Below are positions 35,128 to 45,180 of a DNA stretch of 64,000 nt, piece after piece. Under the pieces are notes generated by a model, which was not told where the DNA came from, ran no database searches, and saw only the letters and a program-made list of their open reading frames with translations. Origin of the DNA: Candidatus Woesearchaeota archaeon (GTDB lineage Archaea; Nanobdellota; Nanobdellia; Pacearchaeales; GW2011-AR1); NCBI GenBank assembly GCA_964647695.1, contig CAZYIS010000001.1, positions 48,275 to 112,274 of the forward strand. Direction: 5' to 3'. Both the position numbers and the translations under genes were made by a program. The number at the start of each line of letters is the position of its first letter. Positions within the stretch are counted from its first letter, which is position 1.

Positions 35128-35701
35128 TATGCTCTCTAGTTGCTTTTTTCATTTCTCTAAGTAATCCTTCAATTATTTTTCTATTGATAAAATAACTCGT
35201 GGCCACATATGGGCAAGCATCATTCTTGCTTTTATCTCTCATAAAATCTGCGGCTACGTTTATTTCTTCGAGTTTTATCTTAGGCAATATCAATGGATAA
35301 AATTTAAACTCCTCACTCATATCGTGACCTATGGCTAATGTTTTTCCATAGGTTCCATCAGCCGTATGTCCTAGAAATCGATCAGGATATTCATCATTTA
35401 TTCCGAAAATTAAAGCAACACTACTAAAAACCGCCATATTTCCTTTTTCAATTTGGTAGGCTCTTGAAAAACCTTGGGCAACACCAATACTAGAATATAA
35501 TCTTTGATAAAATAACTCATTTGGTTCTTTTTTCATATCTTTATTTGCTCCAAAATAATGTCCGAATACTCCTCCATAATGTGGAACCTCATTCAATATG
35601 GATTGTAAATTCTTATTTTCTGCTCCATGAAATCCAAAAGATTTGAATCTTTTTAGGTTTGAAACCAATTCACTCCATCCGTTTATTTTTGAAACATTCA
35701 T
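35108..35701 (-). CDS. hypothetical protein
   Basis: 197-aa ORF. Convergent 20-nt overlap with the previous gene. Confidence 0.4.
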   Translation of the reverse strand: MNVSKINGWSELVSNLKRFKSFGFHGAENKNLQSILNEVPHYGGVFGHYFGANKDMKKEPNELFYQRLYSSIGVAQGFSRAYQIEKGNMAVFSSVALIFGINDEYPDRFLGHTADGTYGKTLAIGHDMSEEFKFYPLILPKIKLEEINVAADFMRDKSKNDACPYVATSYFINRKIIEGLLREMKKATREHIKSNRQ

Positions 35702-35804
35702 AATTTCACTATTGGTTCATCGTTCTTAAATCTTAGTATATTGTTGTAACTGGGCAATGACACTCTATGGAAAGATTTAAATAGCCTTTATTTGTTACTG
35801 GAAC

Positions 35805-36593
35805 ATGATAATTAAACCAGAATTGGTCAAGAGAATAAAAGATTACTTTAATTTGAATATTTACGAAGCTAAGGTATGGCTAGCATTGCTTTCCAAAGGA
35901 ATTGCTTCTGCCAGAGAAGTAGCTGACCTTTCCGGAGTACCAAGATCCAGAACCTATGACGTACTTGAAGGTCTAGAGAAGAGAGGATTTGCCATTACTA
36001 AGATTGGAAAACCAGTAAAGTATATTTCTGTTAAACCTATAGAAGTCATTGAAAAAATGAAAACCAATGTAATGCAAGATGCTCAAGAAAGAGTTAAATC
36101 TCTTGGAGAATTAAAAGGAACATCCGAATATACAGAATTAGAACAATTACATAATTCCGGAATTGCACCTATAAAATCCCATGACATAACAGGTTCATTA
36201 AAAGGAAGATCTAACATATTAACTAGACTAAGAGAAGTACTAGATAATGCTCAAAGTGAAGTAATTATTTCCACTTCAGTTTCAGATTTCGAAGATAAAA
36301 GCAGAGTACTGTTACCTGCAATTGAGAAAATGAATAAAAATAATGTCAAGGTAAAACTGTCTCTTTCTGGAGATCAAGATAAGGTAAGGAAATTGAATGC
36401 AAAACATGGTCTAAAAGCAAAATATAGCGAGTCCAATGCAAGATTTTTCATAGCTGACAAGAAAGAAACTTTCTTCATGGTTACCCCTGAAAATTCAGAA
36501 GAAGAAATGGGAGTATGGCTTCAAAGTCCATTCTTTACTTCATCCATAACTCAAATTTTAGATAATTCACTTAAATTAGGTTTGTTAAAGTAA
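35805..36593 (+). CDS. TrmB-family transcriptional regulator
   Basis: N-terminal wHTH YEAKVWLALLSKGIASAREVADLSGVPRSRTYDVLEGLEKRGF. About 260 aa with a C-terminal sensor-like domain. Confidence 0.7.
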   Translation: MIIKPELVKRIKDYFNLNIYEAKVWLALLSKGIASAREVADLSGVPRSRTYDVLEGLEKRGFAITKIGKPVKYISVKPIEVIEKMKTNVMQDAQERVKSLGELKGTSEYTELEQLHNSGIAPIKSHDITGSLKGRSNILTRLREVLDNAQSEVIISTSVSDFEDKSRVLLPAIEKMNKNNVKVKLSLSGDQDKVRKLNAKHGLKAKYSESNARFFIADKKETFFMVTPENSEEEMGVWLQSPFFTSSITQILDNSLKLGLLK

Positions 36594-36597
36594 CACC

Positions 36598-36843
36598 ATG
36601 GGCTATGAACTCGTTCTTGATCCTTCGGGAAATTATCTTTCCAGCAATGGACAAAACTACAAGGGACATTTCAAACCTAATCACCTAAATCCTATTGAAA
36701 AAGCAATTTTAATGACTGCTGCAAGAAATACTATTAATTCTAATTATATTCTAGAAGCCAAGATAGTTCAAAGATGTTTTGCCTTTTTTGACCTAGAAAC
36801 TAGATTAAAACTAATTATTGATTATGAAGAAAGTAAGAGTTAA
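36598..36843 (+). CDS. hypothetical small protein
   Basis: 81-aa ORF. Confidence 0.35.
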   Translation: MGYELVLDPSGNYLSSNGQNYKGHFKPNHLNPIEKAILMTAARNTINSNYILEAKIVQRCFAFFDLETRLKLIIDYEESKS

Positions 36844-38102
36844 TTAACCGTAAATTCAACCATATCCATTTCTTTTATCTTTTTAGCGTATTTTTTATCC
36901 CATTGCTCTAAAAATCGTTTAGCCGAATAATTAATCTTAATTTTACTGTGAATTGCTTTATTTTTAATAAATGTATTTTTATTAGCTTTCCTAAAAGCCG
37001 TAACTGCCTTTTTCATCTCCATTGGAGGTCCAATTTTTATCATTTCTCCCCTAGATTTAACAATAAGATAAAAATTAGCACTTTGCTTATCATCATATAA
37101 GAATTCCTTTCTAATGATTAAAAATTGTTTTTCTATATCTTTAATAACAAAGCTATAAAACTTTTTTAGTTTGGTTCCAGCTATATCTCCTGCCTGCTTA
37201 TTAGTAACTATTTTAACATTAACAAATTCTGCCTTTTTTCTATTAGCTTCTTCAATAATCTCCTCCACATCTATATTTTTTTCTTCAAAAAAGTCAACGC
37301 TAGGTTTACTTAAAAATTGTCTTGCTTTGTTTTGGAACTTTTGAAAAGTCTCATTGTTCAATGCGGCTAAAACGTTTCTATCTTTCCAGGTAGGATCAAT
37401 CAAAACGATAGGATTATTGAGCTTACTTTCATTTAGATTTATTATTATTTCATCTTCATTTTTATATCTTTTAGCCGGATCAAGTATTATTCTTCCTTTA
37501 ACCTTTACCAATTCCTTCAGCATCTTATCAAAACTCTTATAATATATCAATAAACATTCAAGAGCATAGCCTGAAAAACCTTTAATATAACTTTCAGCTC
37601 CATAAACTCCCTGGGCTTTACAGAATGTCTTGGCCATAGCTATTTGTTCAGCAATTTTTTTGTTTATATTTTTTTTAACATAGTTCACATGGAAATAGCT
37701 CAGATCAGTTACATTTCTTGCTTCTTTTGTCGTATTTATTTTAGTTACAGGTATTATTTCAAAGACAATATTCCCTCTTCGTATCTTAAAATAATCTCTA
37801 CTACCATGCAATCTTTCATAACCTTCTTTCAAATTTTTAGCAACTGATTTAACAACTTTTTCAAGTTCTTCCGATAGATTTTCATATTTCCAATCAAATC
37901 TAATAAATACATCTATATCATACTCCTTCTTTCTAACCAGCGTTCCTTTAGCATAGCTTCCACCTATAAATATTTCAGCATTAATTTTTTGATTTTTTAT
38001 TGCCCTTTCCAGTTCACTTTTAACAATTTTTAATTCAGATTTAATTATACTGACTTCTTTTTTATCTGGTAAAACTAGCATATTTTTGAGTATCTCTTTC
38101 AT
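36840..38102 (-). CDS. cca: tRNA CCA-adding nucleotidyltransferase (archaeal class I)
   Basis: 420 aa. Pol-beta NTase motif IGGSYAKGTLVRKKEYDIDVFIRF. Size typical of archaeal CCA enzymes. Confidence 0.75.
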   Translation of the reverse strand: MKEILKNMLVLPDKKEVSIIKSELKIVKSELERAIKNQKINAEIFIGGSYAKGTLVRKKEYDIDVFIRFDWKYENLSEELEKVVKSVAKNLKEGYERLHGSRDYFKIRRGNIVFEIIPVTKINTTKEARNVTDLSYFHVNYVKKNINKKIAEQIAMAKTFCKAQGVYGAESYIKGFSGYALECLLIYYKSFDKMLKELVKVKGRIILDPAKRYKNEDEIIINLNESKLNNPIVLIDPTWKDRNVLAALNNETFQKFQNKARQFLSKPSVDFFEEKNIDVEEIIEEANRKKAEFVNVKIVTNKQAGDIAGTKLKKFYSFVIKDIEKQFLIIRKEFLYDDKQSANFYLIVKSRGEMIKIGPPMEMKKAVTAFRKANKNTFIKNKAIHSKIKINYSAKRFLEQWDKKYAKKIKEMDMVEFTVN

Positions 38103-38136
38103 ACTAAGAATAAGTAATTTGGATATTTAAACTAAT

Positions 38137-38538
38137 TTATTTGTTCTGTTCTTTATCTTTCTGTTGTTTTCCAACCTTGCTAAGATCAACTATATACTTT
38201 CCATTCTCCAATTGGTATACTCTAGGTTTATCCATGGCAAATAATTTTGGCAAATCCAATAGATATTTACCTGGTTTCAATATTTTTATGCTTTCAAAAT
38301 CAAGGAAAACCGGCACTTCTTCATCTTCAACACCAGTAATATCCCTCACATCTTGTTCTATTTGCTGTTTTTCCTGATCTGTGAGCTTTGGTTCAAGTGC
38401 ACCCTGTTCAGTTAGCTGCTTTAGCTTCTCTTCTTTAATAAAAAAGAAAAATTTACTCTTACATTTACTACATCCAACCAGAATTTCATTGGATCCGTCT
38501 TTGAATATTTCTGAGCAGTGAACACATTTATAGGGCAT
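38137..38538 (-). CDS. zinc-ribbon protein (archaeal DUF2072-like), third gene of the GTPase triad
   Basis: 133 aa. CVHCS...CSKC zinc ribbon at the N-terminus, then an acidic/Gln-rich region. Confidence 0.5.
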   Translation of the reverse strand: MPYKCVHCSEIFKDGSNEILVGCSKCKSKFFFFIKEEKLKQLTEQGALEPKLTDQEKQQIEQDVRDITGVEDEEVPVFLDFESIKILKPGKYLLDLPKLFAMDKPRVYQLENGKYIVDLSKVGKQQKDKEQNK

Positions 38539-38583
38539 ATTAAAGAAAAATAAACTAGGTTAATAAAGTTTTATGTGATTTTA

Positions 38584-39354
38584 TTAATAGCCTAGGCTAA
38601 AACTATAGGTTCCTTCGCTTCCCTGTGGATCCATAATATCTATTTTAGCAGTGTAACCATTTGCATTACTTGGTTGTTGAACAATGCTGACTGTTCCTCT
38701 TCCGACAACATTATATAATTTAAGTGTTTTTCCATCCGTAGGTATTCCTGCTCCGAAACTATATAGTCCATTCAAATTCCCATGGCCATTCTCAATTACT
38801 TCAGTATATTTATTACCCTGCAAAGCCATTAATAATTCAGAGTCCACATTTCCAGAAAATGAGAATAAATTATTACTAACGCCATCTAAATTATTAACTA
38901 ATATCTTTGCTCTTCTGCAGGTCACATTATATTTCCCGTATAGCAATAATGAAGAGGGTCTAACATCATAGCAATTAAGATTTGATGCAGGAGAACAAGT
39001 ATACTCTGCATCAATATTACTATCACAAGTATCATCAGTTGCAGGATATGAACCTTTTCCGCTGGAAATAGGTACATAACTGTCTTCACCAATATTATAA
39101 TATTGTTCAGCATAACCATTGGGCAAGAAATTTCCTGAATTTTGAGTCAAAAGAGAATTATTGTCTATTGCCTGTTGCAAAGTCATAACATTTCCAGAAA
39201 CATTAACCATGACCTCATCGGAACTATGACCCATAACTGCAGGATTAGGATTAGGAGAATTATAGGCAAATGCAAATATTGCACCCACCATAGCAAATAA
39301 ACCTATAAACAAAACCAGGAGCTTTGTTTTTGTAATATTAACCTCTACTTTCAT
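38584..39354 (-). CDS. secreted/anchored protein, paralog of 56967-57440 (shared N-terminal module)
   Basis: 256 aa. N-terminus MKVEVNITKTKLLVLFIGLFAMVGAIFAFAYNS...PAVMGHSSDEV is nearly identical to the other copy, at the DNA level too. Confidence 0.5.
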   Translation of the reverse strand: MKVEVNITKTKLLVLFIGLFAMVGAIFAFAYNSPNPNPAVMGHSSDEVMVNVSGNVMTLQQAIDNNSLLTQNSGNFLPNGYAEQYYNIGEDSYVPISSGKGSYPATDDTCDSNIDAEYTCSPASNLNCYDVRPSSLLLYGKYNVTCRRAKILVNNLDGVSNNLFSFSGNVDSELLMALQGNKYTEVIENGHGNLNGLYSFGAGIPTDGKTLKLYNVVGRGTVSIVQQPSNANGYTAKIDIMDPQGSEGTYSFSLGY

Positions 39355-39384
39355 AATATATCTAGAATTAATTAGTATTTAAAT

Positions 39385-39774
39385 TTAATTTAACAACAAT
39401 TCAATTTTTTTTGGGTCTCTCTTTATTTCCTTAACCACCGAAGAAGGGCCTATAACCGTAAGTGCAGAGCTATCTCCAACTAAATTCTTTGCCAAATTAT
39501 ATTTCATTTTATCTATAAATCCTTTTTCTTTCATGCTAGGAGCAATAACTGCCAGTTCAATTCCCTTAAATCCTTTAATATGATCGACCATAGCCATGGT
39601 ATCTTCAATTAATCTTGCTTCCTCTTCTGCTCTTAATCTTCCATGGATAATCACAATTTTATTACTAAGTACCAGATCTAAAATCTTTTTTACCCTTTCG
39701 CTTATTCCCATCTTTTCCACTTCTGCGAAGGGTATTACCTGCATACTCAATCCATTTATTTTTTTATTTTTCAT
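39385..39774 (-). CDS. small alpha/beta protein co-transcribed with a GTPase (DUF2073/roadblock-like candidate)
   Basis: 129 aa. Immediately downstream of the GTPase gene on the same strand. Confidence 0.45.
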   Translation of the reverse strand: MKNKKINGLSMQVIPFAEVEKMGISERVKKILDLVLSNKIVIIHGRLRAEEEARLIEDTMAMVDHIKGFKGIELAVIAPSMKEKGFIDKMKYNLAKNLVGDSSALTVIGPSSVVKEIKRDPKKIELLLN

Positions 39775-39782
39775 CTTCTTTT

Positions 39783-40421
39783 TTATGCTTTTTTTGCCAA
39801 TTTAAATAACGATTCATAAAACTCATCCATATTTAATCCATCCTTTGCCGATATTCCCACCACATCATATTCTGGAAATGCTGCTTCAACTTTTTTAAGA
39901 TCTGCTTTTTTAAGATCAATTTTATTTGCTACAATCAACACAGGGATTTTTCTAGCAGCCACATTACCTATAATCGTAATATTTACCTGGGAATAAGGAT
40001 TTTCAGCGGAATCAAGAACCACCACTATGGCATCCATATCATCTAACCATTGAATACTTTCGATTATTCCCTGAGTAGCTTCCTTTGCTCTTTTTTTAGC
40101 ATCTCCTTTCTTTATTCCAAATTCTATAAACTCCTCATAATCAATTTTAGTTGCAATACCTGGAGTATCCACAAGTTTGAAGGTAAGTGTTTTGCCCTTA
40201 TGCTTTATTTCTACCTTCTCTTTGAATTGCACATGTCTAGTTTCGTGAGGCACCTTACTAGCCATACCTATTTCTTCTCCAGTCCAGTCTTTACATATCC
40301 TATTGGCCAAACTAGTTTTACCTGAATTTGGAGGTCCATAGAATCCAATCTTAATATTCTCTTTTTTTCTAAAGAGCATCTTAAGCATTCTCTTTGAAAA
40401 GTTTTTTAATATCTTTAACAT
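39783..40421 (-). CDS. small P-loop GTPase
   Basis: G1 GFYGPPNSGKTS, G3 DTPG, G4 ANKIDL. Confidence 0.75.
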   Translation of the reverse strand: MLKILKNFSKRMLKMLFRKKENIKIGFYGPPNSGKTSLANRICKDWTGEEIGMASKVPHETRHVQFKEKVEIKHKGKTLTFKLVDTPGIATKIDYEEFIEFGIKKGDAKKRAKEATQGIIESIQWLDDMDAIVVVLDSAENPYSQVNITIIGNVAARKIPVLIVANKIDLKKADLKKVEAAFPEYDVVGISAKDGLNMDEFYESLFKLAKKA

Positions 40422-40430
40422 ATTTTTAAT

Positions 40431-43166
40431 TTAATAATTTGTTTTAATAAACCTTCCGTCTCCTGAATTTTGCTGCTTTCTCTTGTCAATTTCTCTTACC
40501 ACTTTTCTATTTTCTATAAATTTGAAAACTGGTATTTCCCACATTCCAGTTCTTTTTCCATCTATTTTTCTAAATGCATAGCTCAATTGTTCATTGGACC
40601 AATTATATTTTATCAATTGGGACATTATTTGATTATCGCTATTTCTTCCAACTCTAGCATTGAATATGAAATTTATTATATTATACAAATCATCTTTATT
40701 TTTGAAAAGGTGGGCTTCATATCTAAACTTATACCATTCCTGCAGAGCCAGATAAACCACCAGGAATATAACTATCAATAAAATATAGAACCATTTAGCA
40801 GTACTGGGCCTATTTCCTCCTTCTGGAGTTGGAGGCAATGCATCCACCACTACTCCTAGTTCTTTCATGTCTGGAGTAACATACATTCCCAAGTCAGCTA
40901 CACTTATTTTTTCAGGAATTAAGAATTCTATGCTTTTGTCACCATTAATCGGAATAGCCATATATCCACTCGATTGATCAAAAGAACCATTTTGTTTATA
41001 ATCCTCTTTGAATATTATCTGATTCATAGGATAATATATAATAAGATTAGCTGGGGTGCTAACTTTTCCTTTAGCATCTATTTTTATCTGAGTAAATGAA
41101 GGAATAAATCCTGTATCGGTTTGTTTAGATATTTGTTTATAGTTAACCATCACATTATAATTATCCGTATCCCATTTTATTATCTTTAATCTGATATTAT
41201 CTTTCTGAACGTTTGTAACCGCAGAATAATCTCCTTCTGAAAGGGTTAAAGCAGGAGCTACATTTATTCCTTGAAAACCTACATCTATAGGTAAGCTACC
41301 ACTTGCATCAGTAGCTATTCCATAGGGGACGTTCAAAGCGATAAGTTGATTCAGTAAAATTATTTTATCCGCATCTGTAGAATTACCAAATTGAACATTA
41401 AGATTATTAAGTGTATTATTAATATTAGTCATATTTAATTTATTCAATATGGCATTTCCTACCCAGGAATCATAGCTGCTCAAAACATTACTCATATTAT
41501 TTAGGCCAGAGGTATATCTATTAATTAAAATATTAAATGCCGTGGTCGGATTGCCAGCTATTATACTTATTATTTTTCTAGCCATTTTTCCATCCTGCCT
41601 TGTTACTTCTAATTCTAGATTAAACGTTCCATCCTTCATATATTTATGATTAGTATTTTTAGTTTGAGTTGTTACATCCGGAGCACCATCTCCAAACTTC
41701 CAAACCACCGAACTAACATTTTGATCCATGCTCAGAGTAAATGTAGTATCAATTCCCACCAAAACTGCTTTAGGATTAACATCAAATGAAAAACTAGGTG
41801 TTACATTTATAGGAATATCTGAAACCAATGAACTAGAATCAATATAAAAACTTAATTTCTTCTGTGAAGTATTCAAGGGCAAACTAAAATTAGCTTTTGC
41901 AATATCATAGTTAAGATACCCTGAACTCAAACTAGAGTTCACTGAATTTATGGAGTATAAACCGTAATTTATTTTAGAGACTGTACGTCCTTCTTCCGTA
42001 TATCCTAAAGCTCCAGAAAAGGTCAAATTTTGATCTATGCTAGAGGTTACAAGTATTGGAATTACGCAACCATTGGTACAGTTTGTCCCATAGGTATTAG
42101 TTATATAATTCGTAGAATCCATCGCCAGAGTATTCTCATTTAATATGGAGTAGGTATTATCATTTACAAAAAACTGCGAATTATTGAATTTTTTAGCCGT
42201 AGCAAATATACTAAATGTATCTCCGGTCGGATAATCTGGACCAAAGTCGGTTCCATAGCCCCCACATTTTATGCTGCTTTGACCATATACTTTAATTTTA
42301 TAGGGATTATCATTACTTCCAGAAATACAAACATAATACTCTCCTGCCCTTGCTCCTGGATTTTGCACTAAACAACTTACCGTCTGCCATGAATAATTAA
42401 TCTGCGGCAATGTACAACTAGGAGCATTGGCAATGTATCCATCATCAGCATAATATAGCTGCATAATTGCTTGAGTATTATATCCCTGAAAACTGATATT
42501 GGTTAAATTTGCCCCCAACAAAAATGCTGCTGAAGAAGGTAATGTAATCTTTTGGCATACTGGGCCGCCATTGGTTGTGCTAGGTAAGGCCAATTCTTCA
42601 GTAGGTATGGTTTGCTTATTCAAACAGCCATAGTTATCCGTGGTGCTGGACTCATTAGTATATCCATAGGTTTGAACATTACTTACATTCCATCCGACAA
42701 AATCAATCTTTGCACCTGGAAATTCGGACTGTCCGATATTACTCGTTGCTGATAAGTTTATAGAAGTAATGGCTACATTTGTTTTTCCAGAGACTATGTT
42801 AAATCCAATTAATTTTTTCTCATTGGCTGCTAAATGAATCGTGTTTAAGGCTCCGGCCGATGTAGTATACTGGGAAGTACAATTTTTAATTGTGCAATTG
42901 TATTCTATCCCTTCCTGAAAACCATTCAGTTTAATAAAATCCAATAACTTTATGCTATTATTAAAATTATCTCTCAAAATCGCATTAGTATTTTGATTTG
43001 TCAGACTAAAATTAATATTACCTCTTAAAGATTCCCCGCCATTATAATAATTTTCAATACTATTATTTCCATAGGCGAACGTTACACTGCTAGCATTAAC
43101 CTGAAAAATTGCAAAAGCCAGAACTACTAAAGTTAAAACTAAAAAACCTGCATGCTCTTTTTTCAT
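40431..43166 (-). CDS. large cell-surface protein with PKD domain, N-glycosylation-rich, C-terminal TM anchor and cytoplasmic tail
   Basis: 911 aa. Signal peptide. PKD-like WKFGDGAPD...HKY...GTFNLELEV. TM WFYILLIVIFLVVYLAL near the C-terminus. Confidence 0.65.
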   Translation of the reverse strand: MKKEHAGFLVLTLVVLAFAIFQVNASSVTFAYGNNSIENYYNGGESLRGNINFSLTNQNTNAILRDNFNNSIKLLDFIKLNGFQEGIEYNCTIKNCTSQYTTSAGALNTIHLAANEKKLIGFNIVSGKTNVAITSINLSATSNIGQSEFPGAKIDFVGWNVSNVQTYGYTNESSTTDNYGCLNKQTIPTEELALPSTTNGGPVCQKITLPSSAAFLLGANLTNISFQGYNTQAIMQLYYADDGYIANAPSCTLPQINYSWQTVSCLVQNPGARAGEYYVCISGSNDNPYKIKVYGQSSIKCGGYGTDFGPDYPTGDTFSIFATAKKFNNSQFFVNDNTYSILNENTLAMDSTNYITNTYGTNCTNGCVIPILVTSSIDQNLTFSGALGYTEEGRTVSKINYGLYSINSVNSSLSSGYLNYDIAKANFSLPLNTSQKKLSFYIDSSSLVSDIPINVTPSFSFDVNPKAVLVGIDTTFTLSMDQNVSSVVWKFGDGAPDVTTQTKNTNHKYMKDGTFNLELEVTRQDGKMARKIISIIAGNPTTAFNILINRYTSGLNNMSNVLSSYDSWVGNAILNKLNMTNINNTLNNLNVQFGNSTDADKIILLNQLIALNVPYGIATDASGSLPIDVGFQGINVAPALTLSEGDYSAVTNVQKDNIRLKIIKWDTDNYNVMVNYKQISKQTDTGFIPSFTQIKIDAKGKVSTPANLIIYYPMNQIIFKEDYKQNGSFDQSSGYMAIPINGDKSIEFLIPEKISVADLGMYVTPDMKELGVVVDALPPTPEGGNRPSTAKWFYILLIVIFLVVYLALQEWYKFRYEAHLFKNKDDLYNIINFIFNARVGRNSDNQIMSQLIKYNWSNEQLSYAFRKIDGKRTGMWEIPVFKFIENRKVVREIDKRKQQNSGDGRFIKTNY

Positions 43167-43206
43167 ATATTATACAACAATACTTTGTTTAAAAATATAA
43201 CTACCC

Positions 43207-43632
43207 CTAGGCTATTTCCCAATAAAACACCCTTATTCTTTTGGCCCTATCCAAGTTATCCAGAGTTAGGTTAGTGGATATTATTCTTTCTGAAGAATAT
43301 ATATTGCTTTTTTTATCAAAATTATTTAGGCTCGGATCACAACTTTGATTTATACTACACAATTTTAGGGTATAATTTAATTTGCTAGAGTCTAGATTAT
43401 TATTCAGCACTAGATTCAAATCATTTATTACATTAGTATCATTATTCAAAATTTCATTTCTCAAAGAATCATTGTTAGCTATATAGTTAAGCAGGGTTGA
43501 AATTTGATCGCTTGGATCTTTGACACTTTCTACTTTTTGACTAGAATATAATATCAAAAAAGCAGACAATATTATTAAAACTGCTAATGTAGCCTCTATT
43601 ATTCTTAGCCATGCTTTTTTATTTTTTACCAT
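43207..43632 (-). CDS. prepilin-like protein
   Basis: 141 aa. KKA|WLRIIEATLAVLIIL N-terminus, then an N-glycosylation-sequon-rich globular part. Confidence 0.45.
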   Translation of the reverse strand: MVKNKKAWLRIIEATLAVLIILSAFLILYSSQKVESVKDPSDQISTLLNYIANNDSLRNEILNNDTNVINDLNLVLNNNLDSSKLNYTLKLCSINQSCDPSLNNFDKKSNIYSSERIISTNLTLDNLDRAKRIRVFYWEIA

Positions 43633-44348
43633 GTTATTATTTTTAGATTAACTGGAACAATATTCCCCATACTATTATTAATCAAATTTAATTTATAATC
43701 TCTAGTATAAATTTCTAAACCGTTAGCCGTAGTGCTCTGGGCAGTTATTGAATAAGAATTGTTTATATGTAATATAAAACCAAAGTTTTGTCCGCGAGGA
43801 ATATTAAAGTAGGATTCAATGGCACTATAATTATGATCATATGCTTTTTTTAATTCATTAGCTTTACTTTCAGATATAAGTTCTCTTTCATCATTAGAAG
43901 TTATATTGTATCTACTCTCCCCATTAGCAGTACATCCACCAATTACTAAATTTTCATTAACATATGGGCTCAAATAGATTCTTGTAAAATTACTAATCTT
44001 ATCTATTCCATTTTTAGACTTTAAACAGATGGTTCCCGTAGAGTTATCAACAATGGTGGCATTTATTTCTTTTCCAAGATAGTCTTTAACCTGAACTCCA
44101 TAGCCAGTTATATCTTTATCCAATTTTATGGTAAAATTTGTTCCCATATTATTGTCCAACTGAACACCATAGATCAATAAATTACTACTCAGGTTATCTT
44201 TAATCTCCGAGTATAGGTTATCTAGATTAGCGGAAGCATTGCTCTTTTCCTTTGGAAAATTAAAGAAGTACAATATGGCTATAATTGAGCTAATAAATAG
44301 AACAAACGCTAGAATTGCTTCAATGTGACTTAAACCCTTTTTCTGCAT
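43626..44348 (-). CDS. prepilin-like protein with bacterial-type Glu+5
   Basis: 240 aa. KKG|LSHIEAILAFVLF (Glu at +5 after the Gly cleavage site). Confidence 0.5.
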   Translation of the reverse strand: MQKKGLSHIEAILAFVLFISSIIAILYFFNFPKEKSNASANLDNLYSEIKDNLSSNLLIYGVQLDNNMGTNFTIKLDKDITGYGVQVKDYLGKEINATIVDNSTGTICLKSKNGIDKISNFTRIYLSPYVNENLVIGGCTANGESRYNITSNDERELISESKANELKKAYDHNYSAIESYFNIPRGQNFGFILHINNSYSITAQSTTANGLEIYTRDYKLNLINNSMGNIVPVNLKIITW

Positions 44349-44396
44349 TAGCTTTATTATGAAAAGCTCTTTATATACATTTTTCTTAACAAAATC

Positions 44397-45179
44397 ATGG
44401 ATTTAACAGAAGATTCACTAATTAATGAGATAAAGGACAAGAAAGAGCTAAATGGCATTTCTTCAAAGCTAGTGAAAGATATATTAATTGAAAAATTAAA
44501 AAAGAATGGTAAAAGTTTATCTGATTTTATTAATTTTTCCAAATATGATAAAAAACTAATAACCAAAGAGGTACGGGCTGAACTAAGACTCCTTCATGGG
44601 CGATTCAATAATCAAGTAACCAAAAGAACAAAAAAAGAAACCTTGTCCATAGAAGAACTATTGGAGACCCACAACTCCACAAAAGAGAGATTAGCAGATT
44701 ACCCTATAATTAAAGATCTAATATTAAAATTAAATCCTAAATCTATACTTGATCTAGGTTGCGGACTAAATCCTCTAGCTCTATTGGATACTATAAAAAA
44801 TATGGAATACTATGCATCCGATATAAATGAAAATGATCTAGAATTGATAAATAAGTATTTTAGACTAAATAATATAAAAGGAAAAGCATTCGTCTACGAT
44901 CTTAGAACCATTGGTTCTGAAAAGTTGCCCTGTGCCGATCTATGCATAATATTTAAGGTTCTGGACATAATTGAAAAGAAAGGTCACCGATTGGCAGAAA
45001 AAATACTTTCCTCCGTTGACTCAAAGCAATTTTTGGTCAGTTTTGCCACAAGAAAGTTATCCAATAAACCTATGAATAGACCCAAACGGGGATGGTTCGA
45101 ATACCTGCTGAAAAGATTAAACTACTCTTTTGAAATTTTAGAACTGGGTAATGAAGTAATTTATATAATTAAAAAGTAA
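44397..45179 (+). CDS. class I SAM-dependent methyltransferase
   Basis: 260 aa. Motif I ILDLGCGLNPLAL, acidic motif II ASDINEND. Confidence 0.5.
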   Translation: MDLTEDSLINEIKDKKELNGISSKLVKDILIEKLKKNGKSLSDFINFSKYDKKLITKEVRAELRLLHGRFNNQVTKRTKKETLSIEELLETHNSTKERLADYPIIKDLILKLNPKSILDLGCGLNPLALLDTIKNMEYYASDINENDLELINKYFRLNNIKGKAFVYDLRTIGSEKLPCADLCIIFKVLDIIEKKGHRLAEKILSSVDSKQFLVSFATRKLSNKPMNRPKRGWFEYLLKRLNYSFEILELGNEVIYIIKK

Positions 45180-45180
45180 A

